Shown: positions 18,356-28,547, numbered from the stretch's first letter. The stretch is 64,000 nucleotides of DNA from a candidate division FCPU426 bacterium (GCA_963830915.1 CAWHOE010000019.1:1-64000); one strand, 5' to 3'. The notes: generated by a model not told the origin, from the letters alone. Numbers and translations: made by a program.

Positions 18356-20874
18356 GTCCCAGCGACAAGAAGGGGAATAAAAAAGCCGAAAGGGCGATCT
18401 TGAGAAAGAAAGCAAGAAAAACCCCCGCGCCTAAAAAAACCACTCTTGAAGTCCGGCCGAAGTTGGCGGTCTCGCGCGCCGCGGCTGGAAAAACCGCCAG
18501 CGTGCTCTGGGTCTGGGCCCTCCTCGGGGGATGGCTGTTGACGCTGCTCGCGTTCCTGAGCCTGCCGAACCTCCGGCCGGTATTGCCCAAGTGGTGCCCC
18601 TTGATCAATTTCCCCTTTTGGCCCTTCCTGATCGCGGGTTTCGCGGTCATGGTGGCCGCCGCTCGGAAAGTGCCGCAGGAATCCGCCGAATCGGATACAC
18701 CCCGCCCCATGGCCGATCTTTTCTTTTTCGTCCTGCTGGGTTTGGCTTTCTTCCTGAGGATGGATGACGCCTACCGCCTGCCGTCCCTGGCCTGGGACGA
18801 TCATTACACGATCCTATCGGGCATCCGGAGCATCCTGGACCTGCATAACCGATCCTTGTTACTGGCCCCGGACCATCGGCCTCCTTTTTTCGCCTATTTC
18901 GCCGCGGGGTTATGGCTCCTCATTCCCAAGGCCACAGGTATCACTATCGTCAGGCTGGCTTCCACCCTGATGGACCTGGCCGCGGTTTGGGTCTGTTACT
19001 TGCTGGGTAAGGAAGTGGGCGGGCGCCGGATGGGACTGATCCTGATGGCCATGGCGGTCATGGCCAAGCAGCTGGTCATGACCACCAAGTTCGATCTGGG
19101 GATCAACGAGACCTACCTGGCCTGTTCCCTTATCCTGCTTTTCCTTTTCCGGGTCCTCAAGAAACCCAGCCTTTCCCATTTCCTTGAGCTGGGGTTGGCC
19201 TTGGGATTCTCCGACTATACCTATTCCATCGTTCGCCCCTGGATCCCGACGGTCATTATCGGCCTTCTGGCTTGGATCATGATCAGGCCCTCGACCAGGC
19301 CCCGAAGCCGGGCCGGGTGGACTTTGGGGGTTGGTTTGGCGGTCGCCTGGGCCGCGCTTTTCCTTGGATTGAATACTTCCATGTTCCACACTTCTTTTTT
19401 GACCAAGTTTTTCATCGAGGGATGGGGAAAGTTCCTGGCGGCGGGACTATTAGGGGTCAGTTATATCCTCGTTTGGCGCAACGGGCCGGGGGAGAAGGTC
19501 CTGCGGGACTGTTCCACGGGTATCCTTTTGACGGCGCTCATCGAGGCCCCTCTTTGGTTGGACCCTTTTTACAACGTCAACAACAACATCCATGTCACCG
19601 CCCAGATCCTTTGGTCGCCCCAGTTCGGACTTTCCCTATGGGGCGTCATCCAAAAGATCGTCGAAAACATCGGGGTGGCGTTCGTCTATCTTTTCGGGGC
19701 CTCGGGGATCAGGGAATTGCGTATCCCGCCGCTATCCGATTCCAACCTGGATTTTCTTGCGATCGCTTTTTGCCCCCTGGGGTTGGCGGTCCTGCTGACG
19801 AAGATCGATGAGCGAAAGATCGCCGTCCTTGGCCTTTTCCTGGCCGGACTCGCCCCTGTCATTCTTACCCCCGGTTTCCAGTGGCCCCACTGGCAGGTTT
19901 CCATCATCCCCCTCCTGTTCGCGGCCGCCTGGGGCGTTTACCAATGGCGCCAATCGATTTTCTTGGCGGCCGGACGATGGGGCGGCTATTTGGGGTCCCT
20001 TGTATTGATAGGGATGGTAGCCTGTTTTTGTTGGTTCAATTACCAGTGGATGAACACCTGGGAAAGCCAAAGGTCCACGGACCTGCTGGGCGCCGACACC
20101 ATACGAAAAAATCTTTCCCAGGATAGGGTCTATCTGGTCCCGGCCTACCCGAATTTCGTCCTGGCGACCGAGGATCTGCTTTGTGAAGGGGAGGATATCC
20201 ACCAGGCCGGCGCATCCAACCCGATCGACCTGACGCCGGGTGAAAAGGGGAAGGACCTGGCTTTCGTGGTCTATATCAGCGACCGGGCCACGCAGGACAA
20301 GCTGAACAAGGAATTCCCGGGAGGGAACTGGGGTGAGACGAAGAACTATATGGGCGGGTCGGAATTGTGTTGGCGGGAGGTTCCATTCGACAAGGTCCCG
20401 GAAAACCCCTCCCAAATGGTCTTTGTCCGCCATGTTCCGGAGAGTTATTGGCTTCGAAGGTTCTATGGGAAATATGGGCTGGGCAGGGGATTGATCCTGG
20501 CCGAGGACCGGGTCGCCCGATGGAACGAATCGCTCCCCCCCTGTGCGGCGCCTGATGGCAGGGTCAGGGTCTCGGGAAGATGGGATGTCACGGTTCCGGG
20601 TCCCTACCAATTGAAAATACACACCTTGAACCTGACCCAGGTATTCATCGATGGTCGGAAGATCTTGGACGAGCCGGGGCGGACCATCTATGAAAAAGCG
20701 GAGAACCTCTCAGCCACGGTGGAGTTGAGCCAGGGCCCCCATGAGGTGGAGTTGGTGGAGGCGTTTACAAGGGAAATGAACATACCCGATGTCACGGTCT
20801 ACTCGATCAATGGTTTGTGGAAAAAGTCCATGGATGAGCTTACGGTAACGGAAGTGAAGAAAGCCTCCCGATAG
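18352..20874 (+). CDS. GT-C + PA14-like, copy 5 (type B)
   Basis: ATGA overlap with the previous stop. LAWDDH, KKPSLSHFLELG, NPIDLTPGEKGKDLA. Confidence 0.85.
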   Translation: MSPSDKKGNKKAERAILRKKARKTPAPKKTTLEVRPKLAVSRAAAGKTASVLWVWALLGGWLLTLLAFLSLPNLRPVLPKWCPLINFPFWPFLIAGFAVMVAAARKVPQESAESDTPRPMADLFFFVLLGLAFFLRMDDAYRLPSLAWDDHYTILSGIRSILDLHNRSLLLAPDHRPPFFAYFAAGLWLLIPKATGITIVRLASTLMDLAAVWVCYLLGKEVGGRRMGLILMAMAVMAKQLVMTTKFDLGINETYLACSLILLFLFRVLKKPSLSHFLELGLALGFSDYTYSIVRPWIPTVIIGLLAWIMIRPSTRPRSRAGWTLGVGLAVAWAALFLGLNTSMFHTSFLTKFFIEGWGKFLAAGLLGVSYILVWRNGPGEKVLRDCSTGILLTALIEAPLWLDPFYNVNNNIHVTAQILWSPQFGLSLWGVIQKIVENIGVAFVYLFGASGIRELRIPPLSDSNLDFLAIAFCPLGLAVLLTKIDERKIAVLGLFLAGLAPVILTPGFQWPHWQVSIIPLLFAAAWGVYQWRQSIFLAAGRWGGYLGSLVLIGMVACFCWFNYQWMNTWESQRSTDLLGADTIRKNLSQDRVYLVPAYPNFVLATEDLLCEGEDIHQAGASNPIDLTPGEKGKDLAFVVYISDRATQDKLNKEFPGGNWGETKNYMGGSELCWREVPFDKVPENPSQMVFVRHVPESYWLRRFYGKYGLGRGLILAEDRVARWNESLPPCAAPDGRVRVSGRWDVTVPGPYQLKIHTLNLTQVFIDGRKILDEPGRTIYEKAENLSATVELSQGPHEVELVEAFTREMNIPDVTVYSINGLWKKSMDELTVTEVKKASR

Positions 20875-20962
20875 TCAGCGCCGTTGATTTTAGTCGTTAA
20901 AGGACCAGGTCAGGCCATGATCTGAGCGGTCCGAACCGAATAAGAGCAAAAAGGAATCCCGA

Positions 20963-23461
20963 ATGTCTCCCAAGAAAAATACGCGAAAGGCAGTCCGTAT
21001 AAAAGGCGGGACAGTCAAGTCCGCCGGAGTCCGCCGCCCCAAGGTCATTCCGTCGCCGGACGGTAAATCAAGCGCACCCGCCGCTTCGCCCTTTTTCGGC
21101 CCGAATTGGCTTCTGGCGCTTTTATTCGTCTGGGTCGCGGCCATGGCCGCCCTTTTCAACCTTCCCAATTACCGGCTCATGCTTCCCGAGTCCTTGCCCC
21201 TCCCCCAGCTCCCCTTGTTTTGGACCCTGGGGATCACCTTGGCGGTCTTGACCCTTCTTTGGCGTTTGGCCCCGACCGTTCCGGAAAACCAATGGGACCT
21301 CTCGCCCTGGACGGCCCGGGCCTGGTTCTGGGTCCTGATGGGACTGGGGGCCTGGTTGAGGCTCCGGTACGCGGATCAGGCGGCTCCCGGTTTTTGGGAT
21401 GACCACGCCTGGATCATCACCGATATCCGGGATGTGGTGGATTTCAAGACCTATCCCCTCCTGTTTCCCTTCGGATGGCGGGAAGCCTTCTTCCCTTATC
21501 TGTCGGTCTTTCTTTGGTACCTCTTTCCCCACGCGATCGGCGTCCCGATCGTCCATTACAGTTCCGCCATCATCGACCTTTTGGCCCTCTGGGCTTTTTA
21601 CCTGGCGGGGAAGGAAGTGGGCGGACGACGGATGGGGATCCTGGTCCTGGCGATGGGAGCGATCAGTAAATCCATGATCGAAGTGTGCTTCTTCGGGTAT
21701 GGAAGCGACACCACGGTCACGGCCTGCGCTTTTTCCCTTCTGTTCTTCCTGCGAATGGTCAAAAAACCAGATTGGAAACATTTCCTCTACTGGGGATTGG
21801 CCATGGGTTTCGGGGCTTACTGTTATGTGCCTTTCCGTATCTGGACCCCCTTCCTATTGGGGGCCGCCTGGCTGTGGGTCTATTCCCATCCCGGGGAACG
21901 GTCGAAGGACCCATTCCGGCTGTTATTGGGACTGGGGGGGATGGCCACCCTGGTACTGCTTTTCGGCGTCAAGAATTCCTTCCTGCCGGCGGACCATGGG
22001 CTTTTGGGTTTCCTGACCACGCCCGTGATGGCGGTGCTTTCCGCGGTGGTCCTGCTATTCAGTTATGTCCGGGTTGGGCGGCAAGGGATCGACGGCGAGG
22101 GCCGAAGGCTCTTCGGCTGGGCCACCGGGGCCTTGACCACGGTGCTGTGCATGATGCCTTTATTCCTCAATCCGAACTATTCCTCCCACGTTTCCGACCT
22201 TTCCATATTGAACAAGACTTATTCCCCCACGGCGATGGACGCCCTGAAGCATCTCTGGGATAACACGATCTATGGTTTTGTCCTGATGTTCGGCCCCTCC
22301 AACGGCCTCCAGTGTCCCGGCGTGGGCGACTCATTCTTCGATTTCGCGGTGGCCGCCGCCGGGTTGTTGGGGTTGGCCACTTTCATCGCCCGCCCCACCT
22401 GGGTGAAAGCGTTCCTGATCGCCCTATGCGCGGTCTCGTTCCTGCCCTTCATCCTTTCAGGCTCGCCCCATACTTTCCGTTTGGTCGCTATCGACGCCCC
22501 TTTGATCTTCATCGGCGCCTGGGGTTTGAACCGCCTTTGGCTGGCCTTCATTCAAGTGGGGTCCCCAAAGATCGGAGGGGCGGTCTGCGGACTCTTATTG
22601 ATCCTCCTGGGGATATGGCATCTTCAACAGAACAACGTCATTTTCCAAAAATGGCTAACGGAAAAAGGGTCGTCCGTCATCGTCCAGGAATTGCTGGATA
22701 AGGAGACCCCCACGCATCGGGCCTATCTTTTCCAATATCCGAATTTTTGGTCCTTCGGGCAGGGGGTGCTTTGTGATGGCCAGGATGTCTATCGGACCAA
22801 CCCGACCAACGACATCGACCTGGTGGAAGGGGAGCGGGGCAAGGACCTGACCTTGGTGATCCACGGAAGCGACCTGGACATGAAGAAAAAATTGGATAAG
22901 GAATTCCCCGGGCTGGTTTGGCAGGAACAAAACGCTCCTTGGGCCACTCCCTTCATGCGTTGGGCCGAGGTTCCCATCGATAAAGTCCCTGAAAAAGGTC
23001 CGGGGATGTTCCATCTTCACCGTTTCCCGGCGTCCAGCTGGTTAAGACGTTGTTACCGCATCTACGGTATGGGAAGGGGGATGATCCTCTATGAGGACCG
23101 GGTCATCCATTGGAACGATATTTTCAATACCCTGCCCAATGACGCCATCGCCGATTATAATTCCATGCGGGTGACCGGCGTCTGGGACGTGAAAAAGGAA
23201 GGGGAATATTCTTTTTCCATCCAGACCGCCAACGCTTTTTGGCTCAGCCTGGACGGGGATAAGATCCTGAGCTGGGACAGCGGCCCGGCGGGCAACGTGA
23301 AGCGGATGAAACGGCTGCGCCTCTCGCGGGGTCCGCATCAAGTGGAATTGGTGACCCGATTCAATTTCGAGAGAAGCGTTCCGACCGTATTCGTGACCCA
23401 GCCAGGGTCGGGTAATAGCGGGCCTCTGGATGATCTGGCGGCTCAGACCACATTGCCCTGA
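20963..23461 (+). CDS. GT-C + PA14-like, copy 6 (type A)
   Basis: FGPNWL, GFWDDHAWIITDIRD, PFGWRE, KKPDWKHFLYWG, QCPG.GD. Confidence 0.85.
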   Translation: MSPKKNTRKAVRIKGGTVKSAGVRRPKVIPSPDGKSSAPAASPFFGPNWLLALLFVWVAAMAALFNLPNYRLMLPESLPLPQLPLFWTLGITLAVLTLLWRLAPTVPENQWDLSPWTARAWFWVLMGLGAWLRLRYADQAAPGFWDDHAWIITDIRDVVDFKTYPLLFPFGWREAFFPYLSVFLWYLFPHAIGVPIVHYSSAIIDLLALWAFYLAGKEVGGRRMGILVLAMGAISKSMIEVCFFGYGSDTTVTACAFSLLFFLRMVKKPDWKHFLYWGLAMGFGAYCYVPFRIWTPFLLGAAWLWVYSHPGERSKDPFRLLLGLGGMATLVLLFGVKNSFLPADHGLLGFLTTPVMAVLSAVVLLFSYVRVGRQGIDGEGRRLFGWATGALTTVLCMMPLFLNPNYSSHVSDLSILNKTYSPTAMDALKHLWDNTIYGFVLMFGPSNGLQCPGVGDSFFDFAVAAAGLLGLATFIARPTWVKAFLIALCAVSFLPFILSGSPHTFRLVAIDAPLIFIGAWGLNRLWLAFIQVGSPKIGGAVCGLLLILLGIWHLQQNNVIFQKWLTEKGSSVIVQELLDKETPTHRAYLFQYPNFWSFGQGVLCDGQDVYRTNPTNDIDLVEGERGKDLTLVIHGSDLDMKKKLDKEFPGLVWQEQNAPWATPFMRWAEVPIDKVPEKGPGMFHLHRFPASSWLRRCYRIYGMGRGMILYEDRVIHWNDIFNTLPNDAIADYNSMRVTGVWDVKKEGEYSFSIQTANAFWLSLDGDKILSWDSGPAGNVKRMKRLRLSRGPHQVELVTRFNFERSVPTVFVTQPGSGNSGPLDDLAAQTTLP

Positions 23462-23488
23462 AATAACAAGAACTTCCAGGAGTCACCT

Positions 23489-25957
23489 TTGCCAAGAAAA
23501 ACAAAAAAAACCATCCGACCTACCCGAGTCAAGCGGGCCGTTCCCGCCGCCTCCCTCCAGGCGGCCCCGGCCAACACCCTTTTAGGACGTTTGGCGCCCT
23601 GGGGTGTCATGACCGGATGGGTCCTGGCGGCGGTAGCGTTTTTCACCCTGCCTAATTTTCAACTGATCATGCCTTGCCACCCGTTATTGTACCTGCGCTT
23701 TTTCCCGATCCTGATCCCTGGTTTTATCCTGATGGTTTTCTTCAACCGGCAGATACCCGAACCGGTGGAGAACCCCGATATCTCCAGGACGGTCGCCCGA
23801 GTCGGATGGGTCCTGATCTTTGGCGGGGCGTTATTCCTCCGGATGAACCATCCCCATGAGGCTTTCGGATTGCTCAGCGCGGACCACCTGAATTTCGGGA
23901 AGGAGATCAGGGGATTCCTGGATTTCGGGGATTATCCCAAGATCCTGGGCTATGGCAATTCGGAACCCGAATACGACTTCGTTTATCTTATGTCGGGACT
24001 TTGGTGGCTTTTGCCGAAGATCACCGGCTTTTTGATCTTCCGGCTGACCAGTACCCTGATCGATCTGGCGACCGTCGCGGTCTTTTATCTATTGGGTAAG
24101 GAAGTCGGCGGACGCCGGATGGGCCTCATCCTGATGGCCATGGGGGCGATGAGCAAGGCTTTGATCGACTATGTCCTGTTCTCGGACGGGCTCACCTCCC
24201 TGGTGCTGGGTTGCGCCTTGACCTTTCTTTTCCTTTTTAGGGTATTCAAGAAACCCAGCCTGTCCCACTTCATCGAGTTGGGTCTGGCCATCGGTTTCTC
24301 CTGCTACACTTACGCGCCCTACCGTCTTTGGGTGCCGGCCCTGATCGTCGGGTCGCTGCTCTGGCTGGTTTCAAGACGGGAGAACCGCCCCCAAACCCCG
24401 GCGGGATGGACACTGGCCCTCGGTCTTTCCGGGGTCTGGTCCTGGTTTTTCCTTTCCCAAACCTTCCATTTACCCGCGTGGATGTCTTACACCGAACTAT
24501 TGGGCGAGGGATGGGGGAAGTGGGCGGTCATCGCGTGCCTGGGAGCGGCTTACTTCCTGGTTTTTAGGAACATCAAAAAGGAAAGAACGGTTTTTGGATG
24601 GGCCACGGGGTTCCTGGTCGTGGCGGTGATCATGATCCCCAATTGGTTGAACCCCAGTTATCTGGCCCATACGGCTTATCTCTCCATCATCCACCCCCGA
24701 TATAATCTGACCCTCTTGGATATGGCGAAAGACGTCTATTCCAACGTCGCGGATTGCTTCCGCCTACTTTTCGGGCCCTGCGCAAGCCATGACCTTCAGC
24801 ACCCCCCCCAGAACGCCGATTCCTTCCTCGATCTCTTCATACCGCTCTTCGGGATCCTCGGCCTGGCCCACGTGATCACCCGAATGAGCTGGCAGAAAGC
24901 GACGACCCTTTGCTTTTTTGTGATCGGGCTGCTTCCGTTCATCCTGACCTTGAACTCCCATACCGCCCGGGTCTTGGCCTGCGTGGCCCCGGTATTCCTG
25001 ATCGCCGCCTGGGGCGCCGATCGTTTATGGCAGGCCTGGTCCTTGACCAAGTGGCCCAAGCATTTCCCCAACGGCAGGGAATTGGGCTATGGATTCCTGC
25101 TTCTTTTCGCCATCTGGGGCGTGAAGGCCAGCCTTCACTCAACGGACGCTTGGCGCTCGATCCGGTGGGTGGATCCTTTGAGTTCGGACGTCATTGAGGC
25201 CGAACTTTTGAACGACCGGGTCTACCTGGTTCCTTTCCCCAATTATTTCGTGATCGATCCCCAGGATATCCTGTGTGATGGGAGGGATGTGCATAAAGCC
25301 TATGAATCCAACCCCATCGACCTGGCTCTGGGCGAGAAGGGAAAAGACATCGCGGTGATGATCTATGTGACGGACCGGCCGGCGGAGGAGAAGTTATATA
25401 AGGCGTTCCCCGAGGGGCGCTGGTACGACAAAAAGGACTGCTTTGGCACGATCCAGCTGAAGTGGGTGGTGGTCCCGTTCGAGAAGATACCAGAGACGCC
25501 GGGGAGTTTCATTTACATCCGCCGGGTCCCGAAAAGCTTTTGGAACAGGCGATTCTACAGTGATTACGGATTGGCCCGGGGATTGGTCCTTGGGGAGGAC
25601 CGGACCGCCCGTTGGAACGATGACTTTCCGCCGCCTTTGAACCAGTTCGGACACGCTGTCCGGGTCTCAGGGACCTGGCCCGTGACCGAATCGGGGACCT
25701 ATCAATTGGCGGTGCAGACCTACAACCCGACCCAGTTGTTCGTGGACGGACACAGTGTTCTGAGGTTATACAACAACAGCCGTGTCACTTCCGTATCGGT
25801 GGACCTGGATCTGTCCCCAGGGGATCATCAAGTGGAATTAACGACCGCTTTCATGCACCAGAACCTAATACCTGAAGTGACGGTCATTTCCAAACAGGGG
25901 CACTGGCAGAAAAGTTTGGATGAATTATCGGGGACAACCGAGGGTCAGCATCCATAA
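23489..25957 (+). CDS. GT-C + PA14-like, copy 7 (type B)
   Basis: TTG start after AGGAG. LLSADH, KKPSLSHFIELG, NDRVYL, PA14-like tail. Confidence 0.85.
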   Translation: MPRKTKKTIRPTRVKRAVPAASLQAAPANTLLGRLAPWGVMTGWVLAAVAFFTLPNFQLIMPCHPLLYLRFFPILIPGFILMVFFNRQIPEPVENPDISRTVARVGWVLIFGGALFLRMNHPHEAFGLLSADHLNFGKEIRGFLDFGDYPKILGYGNSEPEYDFVYLMSGLWWLLPKITGFLIFRLTSTLIDLATVAVFYLLGKEVGGRRMGLILMAMGAMSKALIDYVLFSDGLTSLVLGCALTFLFLFRVFKKPSLSHFIELGLAIGFSCYTYAPYRLWVPALIVGSLLWLVSRRENRPQTPAGWTLALGLSGVWSWFFLSQTFHLPAWMSYTELLGEGWGKWAVIACLGAAYFLVFRNIKKERTVFGWATGFLVVAVIMIPNWLNPSYLAHTAYLSIIHPRYNLTLLDMAKDVYSNVADCFRLLFGPCASHDLQHPPQNADSFLDLFIPLFGILGLAHVITRMSWQKATTLCFFVIGLLPFILTLNSHTARVLACVAPVFLIAAWGADRLWQAWSLTKWPKHFPNGRELGYGFLLLFAIWGVKASLHSTDAWRSIRWVDPLSSDVIEAELLNDRVYLVPFPNYFVIDPQDILCDGRDVHKAYESNPIDLALGEKGKDIAVMIYVTDRPAEEKLYKAFPEGRWYDKKDCFGTIQLKWVVVPFEKIPETPGSFIYIRRVPKSFWNRRFYSDYGLARGLVLGEDRTARWNDDFPPPLNQFGHAVRVSGTWPVTESGTYQLAVQTYNPTQLFVDGHSVLRLYNNSRVTSVSVDLDLSPGDHQVELTTAFMHQNLIPEVTVISKQGHWQKSLDELSGTTEGQHP

Positions 25958-25983
25958 CAGTTGAATATATAAAGAAAGATCAA

Positions 25984-27981
25984 ATGAAGTCAAAACGCTA
26001 TTTTCCTCGATTCTTTTCTCCTTTCCCTATGTTTGTATTTTGTTTTGCGGGCTTTGTTCTCACTATCATTAATCCCGGAACCAGCTTGGCTGTTCGTCCT
26101 ATGTCCCAAACGATGGCCCTTGTGGCGGGTGAAGAGACGGCTGGTTATCGCGATGGTAGTTTTATATCGGCTTTTTTCAACAAGCCCCTTGGTCTGGCCG
26201 TAAGTCCTGATGGAACCAAACTTTTCGTCGCCGATTCCGGCAATAACCGTATTCGGGTCGTTCGTTTGGACCAGGATAATCAAGTAACTACCCTTGCTGG
26301 GCAAGACATGCCGGGAAAAAAAGACGGTCCACTTACATCCGCCCAATTCAATGAGCCTAAAGCTATCGTTTGTCTTCCGGATGATCGTCTTGTGGTTTAT
26401 GACTCTGGAAATAAACGCTTACGGCTCATTGATCTAACACGGGGTACCGTATCCACTTTGGCGGGGAACAAACCGACGACCCAAACCGATGGACCTGCCG
26501 AAAAAGTTGCCGTGGATGATATTTGGAATATCACCTATCTGCCCGCGGCCGATTCCATTTTCTTTACCCAACCGGATCGCATGGCCCTGAAACGATTGGA
26601 TCTAAAAACGGGAATGGTATCATCGGTTCCCGTCACCTCAGTGGGTATCACGTTTCCGGCCGCGCTTTGTTCAGAAGATGACAAACTATATTTAGCGGGT
26701 CGGGATTCACGCTTGGTTTTCTCATTTGTTTGGAAGGATGGCGCTTTAACGGCGCCCGCCACAGTAGGGAGTACTCTATCGAGCGTTATCGCCCTTTCTA
26801 AAACGAGCGAATTATTCGATGCCTTTCAGAGTGTTTCCACAAGCCCATTTCAACATCTTTGGCCGACCAACCAGAGCGTTACTTTAATGTCCGTCGCCGG
26901 AGACATTGTGGAGGACTGGGCAATTAAACCCATGGACTTTACGGCGCCTATTGGTTTTGTCGCCGACCCTTTAAACCCGAGGAAATTTTATATATCAAGT
27001 CCAGGCTTTAATATCATTACCTCCTTTTATGATACTTCCAGACCCACTCAAGATTGGTTCGACCTTTCCCAATTTCCCGTTCACAAACCCCCAAAGACTT
27101 TCCGCATTCTTTTAGTCGGGGATTCTAAAACCGTACGAATCTCCAATTATGAATTCACACCGGTGTTCCATAAACTCGAAGTTCCCTTACTTATGCGGGA
27201 ACTGACTCTTCCGAGACAATTGGAACTGGAACTAAACACACTGGCGGTCCTAGACGATATTCCAATGAATTTCGAGGTTCTGAACGTTGGCCATTTAGGA
27301 AACACGCCTCTCTTCCTATGGCCAACCTATGAAGTGCCCGATCTAGTACGGAAGAACGATATCGACCTTGTCCTAATCCTTCAATTCCAGACTGATGAAA
27401 GTGAATTTCCTTTTAAATATTATTATACGAATCCGATTAACGCCGAAGGAATCCCAGAGTATTTAATTGACCCAGAATACCTTTCGAGGCCGCCTGAAGA
27501 AAGAATCCGCGGAAGCTTGTCCCGGAAGTTCCTCAATATTTGCAATGACTTGAAATTAGTGAAGATCGATAAGGGCAATTTTATTTTTGACCAAAATTTA
27601 TTTTTGAAACCGGAGCTTCACGATCTGTTGGTGGAAATGTATGGGAAGCCGCTCGATATTTTGAGCAAGAAACTATCAACCATCAAGACCTCTGGCGGAG
27701 AGCAGGTTCGCCTGTTGCTTTGCTCAACCCACAGCTATGTTTTTAAACCCAACCTGGAGGATCCTAAAATCTGGGTAGATGTTGCAAAAAAGTACAATTT
27801 ACCGTTCTTGAACCTGAATGGTGAAGTGTCCGCTTTGCGACTTTCTTATTTTCCTTTGAATGAAATAGGTTTATCAGACCACTTGAACGCGGATGGTCAG
27901 ATATTCTTTGGCCGACTCTTGGCCCACGCACTGATCAAAGATCGTCTTATTCCATGGGTCTCGCCAACTCCGACCCCTTAA
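25984..27981 (+). CDS. Exported NHL beta-propeller + SGNH-like domain protein, copy 1
   Basis: Signal-like N-terminus, GYRDG..A.FN.P.GLA..LFVADSGNNRIR, RILLVGDS, FEVLNVG, DHLN. Confidence 0.8.
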   Translation: MKSKRYFPRFFSPFPMFVFCFAGFVLTIINPGTSLAVRPMSQTMALVAGEETAGYRDGSFISAFFNKPLGLAVSPDGTKLFVADSGNNRIRVVRLDQDNQVTTLAGQDMPGKKDGPLTSAQFNEPKAIVCLPDDRLVVYDSGNKRLRLIDLTRGTVSTLAGNKPTTQTDGPAEKVAVDDIWNITYLPAADSIFFTQPDRMALKRLDLKTGMVSSVPVTSVGITFPAALCSEDDKLYLAGRDSRLVFSFVWKDGALTAPATVGSTLSSVIALSKTSELFDAFQSVSTSPFQHLWPTNQSVTLMSVAGDIVEDWAIKPMDFTAPIGFVADPLNPRKFYISSPGFNIITSFYDTSRPTQDWFDLSQFPVHKPPKTFRILLVGDSKTVRISNYEFTPVFHKLEVPLLMRELTLPRQLELELNTLAVLDDIPMNFEVLNVGHLGNTPLFLWPTYEVPDLVRKNDIDLVLILQFQTDESEFPFKYYYTNPINAEGIPEYLIDPEYLSRPPEERIRGSLSRKFLNICNDLKLVKIDKGNFIFDQNLFLKPELHDLLVEMYGKPLDILSKKLSTIKTSGGEQVRLLLCSTHSYVFKPNLEDPKIWVDVAKKYNLPFLNLNGEVSALRLSYFPLNEIGLSDHLNADGQIFFGRLLAHALIKDRLIPWVSPTPTP

Positions 27982-28057
27982 CTGCTTGACTTCCAGGGTG
28001 AATTCCTCTTCCCTAACCTTGAGGGTGAGGGAAGATAATAGGGCCTTGGCACAGGTG

Positions 28058-28288
28058 CCCCCGGAAAGACCAAGCGCCCACCGGAAGGTCCTCGGAAGCC
28101 ATCGGAAAGGCTAGTCTGTCCATCGGAAGACCCTCGGAAGACCATCGGAAAGGCCAAGCTGTCCATCGGAAAGCCCTCGGAAGCCCATCGGAAAGGCTAG
28201 GCTGTCCATCGGAAGGCCCTCGGAAGCCCATCGGACAGGTTAGGCGTCCATCGGATGGCCCTCGGAAGCCCATCGGAAAGGCCCGGTG
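28058..28288. repeat. Degenerate tandem repeat, ~43-bp unit, ~5 copies
   Basis: Unit CCATCGGAAggCCCTCGGAAGcCCATCGGAAAGGctagGCTGT, with three TCGGAA cores per unit. Confidence 0.9.
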
Positions 28289-28547
28289 ACGCCTAGCGTT
28301 AGCGGCCAAACGCCTAGCGTTGATGGGGTAACGCCTAGCGTTAGCGGCTAAAACGCCTAGCGTTGATGGGGATAACGCCTAGCGTTAGCGGCCAAAACGC
28401 CTAGCGTTGATGAGGTAACGCCTAGCGTTAGCGGCCAAAACGCCTAGCGTTGATGGGGTAACGCCTAGCGTTAGCGACCAAAACGCCTAGCGTTGATGGG
28501 GTAACGCCTAGCGTTAGCGGCCAAAATGCCTAGCGTTGACGGGGTTA
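28289..28547. repeat. Tandem repeat, ~43-bp unit, 6 copies (12 near-palindromic AACGCCTAGCGTT cores)
   Basis: Unit ACGCCTAGCGTT-AGCGGCCAAA-ACGCCTAGCGTT-GATGGGGTA, read directly from the sequence. Confidence 0.95.

Noticed and set aside
28289..28547. CRISPR array
   Set aside because: Cores are only 12-13 bp, the 9-10 bp spacers alternate between two recurring sequences, and no cas genes are visible.
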